Source: Octopus vulgaris (taxonomy: Eukaryota). From it: a stretch of 64,000 nt of DNA. Positions within the stretch are counted from its first letter, which is position 1, and every line of letters begins with the position of its first letter. Of this stretch, positions 1 through 10,260 are shown in pieces. The translations under genes were made by a program, and so were the position numbers. The stretch covers positions 24,304,001 through 24,368,000 of the forward strand of contig OX597832.1 in NCBI GenBank assembly GCA_951406725.2, read 5' to 3'. The notes below the pieces were generated by a model, which had not been told where the DNA came from, made no database searches, and saw nothing but the letters and a program-made list of their open reading frames with translations.

Positions 1-314
1 TCAAATCGTCCAACCCATGCTAGCATGGAAAGCGGACGTTAAACGATGATGATGATGATATATATATATATATATACAACGGGCTCCTTTCAGTTTCCGC
101 TTACCAAATCCATTCACAAGGCTTTGGTCGGCCTGAGGCTATAGCAGAAGACACTTGTCCAAGTTGTCACGCAGTGGGACTGAACCCGGAACCATGTGGT
201 TGGTAAGCAAGCGACTTACTTTACAGCCACTCCTACCCCGGCAAAAAAAGTTTGGGAACCACTGATCTAGCGATTAACTAAATGTCTTTTAGGCTTACCG
301 TAGTCCTGCCTCTG

Positions 315-976
315 TACGAATTCATACAATGGTGTTTGCCGTTGGTTCGCCAGTAGTGCTGTCTGTGAAACACGTTTCTCCCCATGTAAACAGACGACCG
401 TATGATACATGTGTTTATTGCAGTTGGAGGAAAATATAAAGGTCGCATTGGAACCATTGATCCAGCGATTAATTGAATGTTTTTTGGGCTTATCCAAGTC
501 ATGCCTACGAATTCAGACAGTGGCGTTTGCCAGTGTTCGCCTATGGTGCTGTCTGTGAAACACGTTTCTCATCATGGAAGCAACAAGTGTGTGACGCACA
601 TGTTTATTGTGCTTCGAGATGTATGCAGACTTGCAGTATGTCCTGTGCATACATTTTAGTAGTAGCAATGTAGCAACCATCAATAGGTGTGTAGTGATCC
701 CTATTAAATGGTGCTTTACTATAAGCACCGAGCATTCCATTATAAGCCCCAAATATTACACTTATAGAGCAGGCTTACAGTAAGGTAACCACACAATTTT
801 GTAAGTATTATTTCTACGTATAGGATAATATGGTACCTTGGCCCCACAAATGTTGTCCTGTTGTTCGTGAAATACTAGGGTCGACTTTTATACGGGGTCG
901 ATAGAAAATTCCCAATTTTTGGCCCCAAATAGGGGGTCGACTTTTACATGAGATCGACTATTATTCGAGTATATAG
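315..976. mobile_element. DNA-transposon relic with an internal ~190-bp-period duplication; right end looks TcMar-Tc2-like
   Basis: acgaattca..ctgtctgtgaaacacgtttctc occurs near 317 and 508. Repeated ggggtcgac subterminal motifs end in cgagtatata. Superfamily assigned from memory. Confidence 0.4.
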
Positions 977-1379
977 GCGCAGGAGTGGTTGTGTGCTAAG
1001 TAGCTTGCTTAGCAACCAGATGGTTCCGGGTTCATTCTCACTGCGTGGCACCTTGGGCAAGTGTCTTCTACTATAGCCTCGGACCGACCAAAGCCTTGTG
1101 AGTGGATTTGGTAGGCGGAAACTGAAAGAAGCCCGTCGTATATATGTATATATATATATATATGTATGTGTGTGCATATGTTTGTATGACTGTGTTTGTC
1201 CCCCCCAACATCGCTTGACAACCGATGCTGGTGTGTTTACGTCCCCGTAACTTAGCAGTTCGGCAAAAGAGACCGATAGAATAAGTACTAGGCTTCCTGG
1301 GGGTCGATTTGCTCGACTAAAGGCGGTGCTCCAGCATGGCCACAGTCAAATGACTGAAACAAGTAAAAGAGTAAAGAGT
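976..1379 (+). mobile_element. SINE family A (tRNA-like head, CORE-like accttgggcaagt, internal (TA)n/(TG)n). Other copies: 77-235, 3208-3752, 3853-4487, 12243-12665, 22291-22455, 29805-30195, 31328-31675, 32496-32907, 35478-35862, 57830-58255
   Basis: More than 12 near-identical dispersed copies on both strands, with A-box (tggctgtgtggt) and B-box (ggttcagtccc) motifs. Confidence 0.88.
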
Positions 1380-1653
1380 ATATACAGTGTGTATGTGCGT
1401 ATGTAGAGAAGAAAGAGAAGGAGAGAGAGGTGATATGTATGTATGTGTGAATGTGAGTACGTAGAGAAAGAGAGTGGGAGAGAGCGAGAGAGAGAGAGAG
1501 GGAGAGAGACAAGCAGATAGACAGAGGCAGTTAGAGAGAGAGAGAGAGGGGGAGAGGAAAGGAAAGAGAGACCTGCTGAAGACGTACACTTGTGTGTTGG
1601 TGGTGCGTGGTGGTTGACTGGTAATTGGATAACGGAGTGTCTTAAACTTTCTT

Positions 1654-1684
1654 TATAAAAAAGTTTTTTCTTATCTTTATAAAA
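1654..1684 (+). promoter_or_regulatory. Two TATAAAA boxes upstream of the SELENBP1 start
   Basis: TATAAAA at 1654-1660 and 1678-1684, about 80-105 nt before the ATG. The TSS is not known. Confidence 0.35.
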
Positions 1685-1760
1685 ATACTTTCAAAAGTTG
1701 TGTTGGAGAAAGACAAGTGACAACAACCACTTCTTCAGTGTCTAAACTAACTCTGAAACC

Positions 1761-1764
1761 ATGA
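1761..1764 (+). CDS. SELENBP1: SELENBP1 exon 1 (ATG + A)
   Basis: gaaaccATGA|gtaagt. Phase 1 fits exon 2 (A+CG = Thr). As I recall, human SELENBP1 also has a 4-nt first coding segment. Confidence 0.75.
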
Positions 1765-2720
1765 GTAAGTATACACATTTATATACGCACACATAAATAT
1801 ATACCAGCTTGTTAACTGGTGTTTTTCGTCCCTTAGGCTTTGTATCATTCATATATTATATACAACGCGCTGACATGTTTTATAATATTGCACCCGTTGA
1901 CAACCCTGGACCCTGTCTTTTTTTATATTTAATTCTCTTCTTAATGTTTGTATTATCCAAAGCGTTCGTCATTTTTCTTTCTTTTCTATGATTTGGAGGA
2001 CAGTTAACTACTATATCTAGCAGGTTGAAAAGAATCCCTAGTTTGTTATTTGTTTAGATGGCCTGTAAATTTCTCAATTTATTAAGGAGTTGACTCGCTT
2101 ACGAAGCCTCTAAGTAATGATTCTCAGCCGGGTCCATATGGCCCTTGGGGGCGGGGTCCATTTAATATTTAGGGGTTAAAATTTACGTGCAATAAATTGC
2201 TTATACTTTGACAATACACAAAATAAATTTTTTATACTATTCCTAAGAATACTTAATCATAAAAATACAGTAGGGCTCTTTTTTCATACACATCGACTGA
2301 CTCAAGGGTCCAGTAGAATGAAATAGGAATCCAAGGAGTCCATAGATAAAAAGGGTCGAAAACCACTGCTTTAAAACTACAGTAAAAAAAAGAAAATTTT
2401 GACTTCGTTTCCCTCTATTAATATTATTTCTGGTTGAGTAAACCCTGTAATAAAAATTGTTCTAACCACAAACGTTTAGTCGTTCATTCAGTTTGACCGC
2501 TCTAATTAGGGCTTCATTATTCAGAATCTCCCTGAAATTAATAATTAATAAGTTAATAAATGAAGTAGAACGTTATTTAAAGAATATTTGGCTGCTATTT
2601 CTAACACTTCGAATGACCACTCAGATAATGTTTATTGATTAGAGGCTCTCATTAGGTGATTATTAAGAGCAGCATTTCCCAACTTAAGGTCTGCACACCT
2701 GTAAAAGTTCACGCAAATAT

Positions 2721-3017
2721 GATACTACTTAAGAAGAGTGGTCCCGGTGCGCGCACTCGCGTACTCGCGCATCCGCGCTAGCTAGTCGTGACTAGTCGAT
2801 CCTTACTTTGTGTTTTTGTTTTATTTACTTTGTTTAAAAAAATTTATTTACTTTGTGTTTTTGTGTTTTATTTACTTTGTTTTTAAAAAATTATTTATTT
2901 TGTGTTTTATTTACTTGGCTAGGTAGTCGTCGTAGGATCGACTAGTCACGACTAGCTAGCGCGGATGCGCGAGTACGCGAGTGCGCGCACCGGGACCACT
3001 CTTCTTAAGTAGTCCCC
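2721..3017. mobile_element. Foldback MITE with 80-bp perfect inverted arms and a 9-bp flanking repeat (Mutator-like)
   Basis: Arms at 2724-2803 and 2934-3013; cgcaaatat at 2712-2720 and 3018-3026. Confidence 0.75.
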
Positions 3018-4077
3018 CGCAAATATTTCTAAGGTCTGCAAACTGTTTTAAATGGTCTATCTTACCCAAAACACTTTTCAGACGGTGTAGGTTACGATTC
3101 TGTCAGAATTTAAAATAAAAAAAATAAAAAGCTGGGTGTACAAATATGTTGACCCATTTTTTTTCTCAAGGTTTCAAGTTTTTTTTTTTATTTTTCGTAA
3201 ATATATAGGCACAGGAGTGGCTGTGTGGTAAGTAGCTTGCTAACCAACCACATGGCTCCGGGTTCAGTCCCACTGCGTGTCTTCTGCTATAGCCCCGGGC
3301 CGACCAATGCCAACCATATATATATATATATATATGTGATCTCTTGAGCACCACCAGCAAAAAAATTTTTTTTCCTCTGTCTTCCCTTCTCGGGATCTTT
3401 CCTTCTCCTTTGTTTCCGACGAAGAGCTCTGCTCGAAACGTTAAACCCTTCTTCTCTTCTTTCCTGAGCGTCAAATAATACTTTAATTGTTCCACGTCCT
3501 TGCGTTGCTGTGTTTTTTTCTGTGTTTTCTTGTTTGGATTAACTATATATATACATATATATATATGTGTGTATGTGTTTGTGTGTCTGTGTTTGTCCCC
3601 CTAGCATTGCTTGACAACTGATGCTGTCACTTAGCGGTTCGGCAAAAGAGACCGATAGAATAAGTACTGGGCTTACTAAGAATAAGTCGATTTGCTCGAC
3701 TAAAGGCGGTGCTCCAGCATGGCCGCAGTCAAATGACTGAAACAAGTAAAAGAATATATGGGATGTGTATAATTACGTATGCATATTGGGGGCATAACTA
3801 CAGATTCAAGCCCCGCCGATTTTTGCATGATCTTAACTTTCAGAAAAATACTCTTTCACTTGTTTCAGTCGTTTGACTGCGGCCATGCTGGAGCACCGCC
3901 TTTAGTCGAGCAAATCGGCCCCAGGACTTTATTCTTTGTAAGCCTAGTACTTATTCTATCGGATCTCTTTCTGCCGAAACGCTAGGTTAAGGGGACGTAA
4001 ACACACCAACATCGGTTGTCAAGCGATGTTGGGGGGAACAAACACAGACACACAAACATTTACACACACACACATAC

Positions 4078-4124
<47 letters not shown>

Positions 4125-4237
4125 AAATGAGGTACTCAGAAGATCGGATGGTTTATATTTACAGATCTTTATTTATATATTACATTTTTTATATACATTA
4201 GCACTTTCTCCCATTTTAGTGGGGTTTTCAAATCAAA

Positions 4238-4323
<86 letters not shown>

Positions 4324-5327
4324 GACAGGCTTCTTTCAGTTTCCGTCTACCAAATCCACTCACAAGGCTTTGGTGGACCCGAGGCTATAGTAGAAGACAC
4401 TTGCCTAAGTTGCCACACAGTGGTACTGAACCCGGAACCATGTGGTTGGTAAGCAAGCTACTTACCACACAGCCACTCCTGCGCCTATTATGTTAATTTT
4501 TTTTTTATTTTGTTCTAAGGTGGGGAGCTGGCAGAATTGTTACTACGCAGGACAAAATGCTTAGCAACATTTTTGTCTGTTTCTATGATTTGAGTTCAGA
4601 TTTCACCAAGGTCGACTTCACCTTTCATCCTTTCAGGGTCAGTGAAATAAATACCTGTTGTGCACTGGGGTTGATTTAATCAACTTACCCCATCTCCCGA
4701 AATTGCTGGCCTTGTGGCAAAATATGAAACCATTATTTCAGTTTGTTAATACTAAATTCATTTGAATATGGTGAACTATCTTTAGATTGAATACCTTGTG
4801 GTACCTGTTCAGGTTCTCTATACCCTGGGTTCAAATCCTGCTAATGCCACCTTTGCCTTTTAGTGGAAGCAGTTAGGGATAAAGTGAGTACATTTATGTA
4901 CTTTAGGAATGAAATGAGTACATTTTGGAAGATGAATACTCTTAGGCATGAAGTGAGTACATTTAGAGAAATATGTACTTTAAGGATAAACTGAATATAT
5001 AGATAAGGAGGTATGTACTTTAGGAATGAAATGTGTAGATTAACAATGAAGTGAGTACACATAAGGAAGTATATCCCATTAGAAATGAAATGAGTACATT
5101 TTGGGAGGTGAGTAGACTTTGGCATGAAGTGCGTATATTTGTGGTTTCAATCCCTGGACAGGGTGATCCATTGTGCTGATGACCAAAACACTTGTTACTC
5201 CAGTCCACTTAGCTGTAGAAATGAGTTTTGCCTGGAGAGGGATGGGCTCTGCCAAGCTTTCTTGCCCTAGATACATTGCATGGCTGCTGCACCCCAGTGA
5301 CCCCTAATGAGTTAAGGGACTTGTCCG

Positions 5328-5585
5328 TTTACATTATTTACATTCGACGGATATTTGTCCTCATCTTGTTTGTTGTTAACACAACGTTTCGGCTGATATA
5401 CCCTCCAGCCTTCATTAGGAGTATTGGGGGAAATTTCGAACCTGGGTTCTCATTCCTAAGGTATTTTTCAGCGGTAGGGTCACTGCCACTGCTTTGAATC
5501 GAACTCGGGAACAAACAAGATGAGGACAAATATCCGTCGGATGTAAATAAGGTACATAATTCCTCATCTCTTAAATATAGAACTG
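5328..5585 (-). mobile_element. Penelope-like terminal-repeat fragment with an inverted segment and a decayed hammerhead-like motif; second copy near 52905-53040
   Basis: 5328-5375 is inverted at 5510-5556. Motif CTAATGA-GGCTG/CAGCC-GAAACGTT on the minus strand. Confidence 0.55.
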
Positions 5586-6342
5586 GACATGTCCATTGTT
5601 GTACTTCAAGGATGAATTGAGTACATATCTCTTTCTTTACTGCCCACAAGGGGCTAAACATAGAGGGGACAAACAAGGACAGACAAATGGATTAAGTCGA
5701 TTACATCGACCCCAGTGCGAAACTGGTACTTTATTTATCGACCCTGAAAGGATGAAAGGCAAAGTCAACCTTGGCAGGATTTGAACTCAGAACATAACGG
5801 CAGATGAAATACCGCTTAGCACTTCGCCCGGCGCGCTAACGTTTCTGTCAGCTTGCCGCCTTTTCATTGAGTACATATAAGGAGGTATGTACTCTAGGGA
5901 AGAAATGAGTTCATTAACGATGGAGTACACTTAAGCGTGGAGTGAATACATGTAAAGAAGTACATATAGGGAAGTACGTCCTTTAGTGATCCACCACACG
6001 GTCCAGTGTAGTGGCTTGTATGCCTTGATTATCCTCTTAGCTATGCTAGCAAAGTGCATGTTCCTTGTAGGGCTTCTCATGTTGGACAGGCCAAAGTCTA
6101 AAGGCCAGATTAATATGGACTTACCTCTGCCTTGAGGTAAAAATGGGTTTGTAAAGAGACAACACCCCCTACTTAGAAAAAAGTGCATTGATTGAAAACC
6201 CAGAAGGCTTGAGAGAAGAAGAGACAGCACAGAGTAGAGGAAGGTTGTGAATAGCCTATGCTCCGTAAGGGGTCAGATAAAGTGAGTAAAATACTTTATG
6301 AATGTTAGCACTAGAGGAATAAATTGATGGTATTTTGGGAGG

Positions 6343-7117
6343 CGAGCTGGCAGAATCGTTAGCACGCTGGACGAAATGCTTAGTGGTATTTCGTCTGTCG
6401 CTACGTTCTGAGTTCAAATTCCGCCGAGGTCGATTTTGCCTTTCATCCTTTCGGGGTCGATAAATTAAGTACCAGTTACGCACTGGGGTCGAATAATTGA
6501 CTTAATCCGTTTGTCTGTCCTTGTTTGTCCTCTCTGTGTTTAGCCCCTTGTGGGTAGTAAAGAAATAGGTATTTCGTCTGCCGTTACGTTCTGAGTTCAA
6601 ATTCTGCGGAGGTCGACTTTGCCTTTCATCCTTTCAGGGTCGATAAATTAAGTACCAGTTATGCACTGGGGTCGATATAATTGACTTAATCCGTTTGTCT
6701 GTCCTTGTTTGTCCTCTCTGTGTTTAGCCCCTTGTGGGGAGTAAAGAAATAGGTATTTCATCTGTCTTTACATTTTGAGTTCAAATTCCGCCGAGGTCAA
6801 CTTTGCCTTTCATCCTTTCAGGGTCGATTAAATTAAGTACCAGTTATGCACTGGGGTCGATATAATCGACTTAATCCGTTTGTCTGTCCTTGTTTGTCCT
6901 CTCTGTGTTTAGCCCCTTGTGGGTAGTAAAGAAATAGGTATTTCATCTTTCTTTATGTTCTGAGTTCAAATTCTGCTGAGGTCGACTTTGCCTTTCATCC
7001 TTTCGGGGTCGATAAAGTACCAGTTATGCACTGGGGTCGATATAATCGACTTAATCCGTTTGTCTGTCCTTGCTTGTCCTCTCTGTGTTTAGCCCCTTGT
7101 GGGTAGTAAAGAAATAC
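6343..7117 (+). mobile_element. SINE family B tetramer (head plus four ~184-bp bodies). Other copies: 5630-5865, 20228-20642, 30860-31070, 33225-33425, 44197-44780, 45612-45842, 58266-58730
   Basis: Head ggcgagctggcagaa, B-box gagttcaaattcc, body gtcgactttgcctttcatcctttcggggtcgataa; TSD gtattttgggagg. Confidence 0.88.
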
Positions 7118-8446
7118 GTATTTTGGGAGGTCTTTACTTCAAGGTTGATCTGAATTCATATGAGGCCTGCTTTTTAGTACGATCACGCTGTTTTCAGGAA
7201 GGTATATGCATCAGAGGGTCATTGACTTGTGTACAAACTGACACGTTTAAGTTAATCAGGAGTATAATCACAGGTGGGTGTGTGATATAAAGTTTCATCA
7301 CAATGTGGCCTAACCTGTATTTGCAATATACAGTGCGGGGAAATAAATATTCGTACACATCAAAATCACTATAATTTATTAGTTTCTTTTCCATATTCTT
7401 AGTTTATGCATGTGTATGCATTTATAGTATTGGTATATCCCAAAATATGAAGCCATTATTTCATTTTGTTACTACTAAATTCATTTGAATATGGTGAACT
7501 ATCTTTAGTTGTGGTACCTGTTCAGGCTCTCTGTACCCTGGGTTCAAATCCTGCTAATGCCACCGTTGCCTTTTAGTGGAAGCAGTTAGGGATAAAGTGA
7601 GTACATTTATGTACTTTAGAGATGAAATGAGTACATTTTGGGTGATGAGTACTCTTAGGCATGAAGTGAGTACATTTAGAGAAATATGTACTTTAAGGAC
7701 AGACTGAATATATATATATAAGGAGGTATGTACTTTAGGGATGAAATGTGTAGGTTAACAATGAAGTGAGTACACATAAGGAAGTATATACTTTAGGGAT
7801 GAAATGAGTACATTTTGGGTGATGAGTACTCTTAGGCATGAAGTGAGTACATTTAGAGAAATATGTACTTTAAGGATAAACTGAATATATAGATAAAGAG
7901 GTATGTACTTTAGGAATGAAATGTGTAGATTAACAATGAAGTGAGTACACATAAGGAAGTATATCCCATTAGAAATGAAATAAATAAAGAATTTTGATGT
8001 GTACGAATATTTATTTCTCCCCCACCACTGTAAAGTTTCTCTTCTATGGAACAGAAAAATGTGGCAGTTTGTGTCTCTTCTTTACTGTCAGACCTACCAA
8101 AGCCTTGTGAGTGGATTTGATCAAGAGAAACCGAAAGAAGCCTGTTGTATACTCTTTTACATGTTTCAGTCATTTGACTGCGGCCATGCTGGATCACCAC
8201 CTTTAGTTGAGCAAATCGACCCCCAGGACTTATTCTTTGTAAGCCCAGTACTTATTCTCTATTGCACTGAATTGAACAAAATATTTATCCAGCCTGCGCT
8301 TGGTATTCTTTTAGCTATATCTGACCCACTATCAAAAAAAGTTTGGTGACCCCTGGCTTAGAGTAACAAAACATTTGTGATCTTTATTTCATCCGTTGCA
8401 AAAATTTCTCTGTTCATTCATTTTCTTTCTTTATCTCATTATAAAG

Positions 8447-8607
8447 CGTGCTGTAAGGGACCAGGTTACCCAACTCCTCTCGAGGCAATGAGAGGTAAAA
8501 GGGAAGAGATTATGTACGTGACATGTATAATCCCACCAGAGAATCGTAACCGCCCGGATTATCTAGCTACTGTTGATCTTAATCCAGAATCTGCAACATA
8601 TGGAACG
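8447..8607 (+). CDS. SELENBP1: SELENBP1 exon 2
   Basis: aag|CG..ACG|gtacat; [24 protein letters not shown]...[18 protein letters not shown]. Confidence 0.93.
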
Positions 8608-9274
8608 GTACATATTCTTATTATCCTTTCTTTTATGTATCCTCCTCCTCCCCCTCCCCTCATCCTCCTCACTCTACTACTTCCTCTTCTTTCTTTTCCC
8701 CTCTTCCTCATCATAGAACTGTTTCACCACTTTGTTCTTAATTTTTTTTTCCATTTTTCTATATTCTTCTGATGAAGGACTAATGTTTAAAATATCAAGA
8801 CCCTTTCCTTTAAGTGTAAAGCTTACACATTTGTTTCAGTTTGTCCTTCTTGTGTTGTCTCCATATAATTTATTTTGCATTCATTGCTTTCATAATAAAT
8901 ATTCTTTTATATATAATGCTTCTATCACTAATATCTCTTTTAATAAGCCTGCTGGCTTTTTGCAGTGTCAGTGACTGAGAGGTTGCTGTTATTCTATATA
9001 TCATTGGCAGTGACATTTGCCTGGTATGCAACAGCTGGATACCTGTCACTGAGGAAGTCCAGTATGTTGAAATCATAGGATCTTCAGTTCTAGTGCCCTT
9101 GCCAGATGGTTCTCATCTGCTACAGTATACTCTTAGCACTATACATCTGCATGAGAAGATCTCTCGAGGTGAATACTGCTGTGTTCAATGTTCTAATAAT
9201 ACTTCCACATTAAGTATGATACAAAAATTGCTATTCTGTATTAATACAGCTTTCATCACTAATATTTATTTATT

Positions 9275-9311
<37 letters not shown>

Positions 9312-9665
9312 TGAAGTATGCAAAAGAATATATGTATATATATAGAGAGAGAGAGGATGGGAGAATAAAATTCAAATGAAGACACTCAAAGATATGGTTA
9401 ATATTATCTGTGGTGAATTTAAGTAATTGATAATAATAACAATGATAATATAGGTGGGGTTCGTAGGTTTTTTGATAGCATTATATAGCTATAGATTAAA
9501 ATTAAAAATTAGCACTAAACTTAAGGATGCACATGGCATCAACCTGTTTAGAAATAGGAGTTAAAATCCCAAATCTATCACTGAAGTCACTGAAATATGA
9601 CAGAGACAACAGTAGGCGAGCAAACACACACACACACGCATATGTATATATATATATGTGTGTGT

Positions 9666-9965
9666 GGAGGCACAATGGCCCAGTGGTTAGGGCAGCGGAC
9701 TCATGGTTGTAGGATTGCGGTTTCGATTCCCAGACCGGGCGTCGTGAGTGTTTATTGAGCGAAAACACCTAAAAGCTCCATGAGGCTCTGGCAGGGGATG
9801 GTGGCGATCCCTGCTGTATCCTTTTGTTACAACTTTCTCTCACTCTTACTTCTGTTGGCCTGCTCGCTTAGCCAGCGGGGTGGCGTCATTCGAAGGCTAA
9901 ACAATACGAAGCGCATTGTGACCAGCGATGTGTAGCAACATCTGATAGCCTGGTCGGTCACATGA
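9666..9965 (+). mobile_element. tRNA-derived SINE family D; related copies 15125-15432 (-), 18605-18905 (-), 41790-42090 (-), 52638-52885 (+)
   Basis: A-box tggcccagtggttag, B-box ggtttcgattccc; dispersed homologous copies. Confidence 0.8.
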
Positions 9966-10074
9966 TATATATGAGAGTATTGTAGTTTGCTTGAAGCATT
10001 GTGTATATGCTTGTGCATGTGTGTTTCTAACTAATTACAGTTACTGAATTAAATGTGATAACTTTGATATACAG

Positions 10075-10260
10075 GTCATCCATCGTTTGAAAATGCCACA
10101 CATTGGAGATGAAATGCACCATTTTGGCTGGAATTCTTGTTCCAGTGCTTGCAACGATGCATCCAAGAAAAGGGACAAAATTATTTTACCCTGTCTACTG
10201 AGCGACCGCATCTACGTTGTGGATATTAAGGACAATTCGAGAGAACCCAAATTATATCGA
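10075..10260 (+). CDS. SELENBP1: SELENBP1 exon 3
   Basis: cag|..|gtaagt; VIHRLKMPHIGDEMHHFGWNSCSSAC...RIYVVDIKDNSREPKLYR. Confidence 0.95.

Noticed and set aside
9666-9745. tRNA gene
   Set aside because: A and B boxes run into a SINE body found in several copies; no clean cloverleaf or terminator.
10075-10260. Horizontal transfer of SELENBP1, suggested by the bacterial-like HHFGWN.CSSA
   Set aside because: The gene has ten spliceosomal introns at apparently animal-conserved positions and an otherwise metazoan-type sequence.
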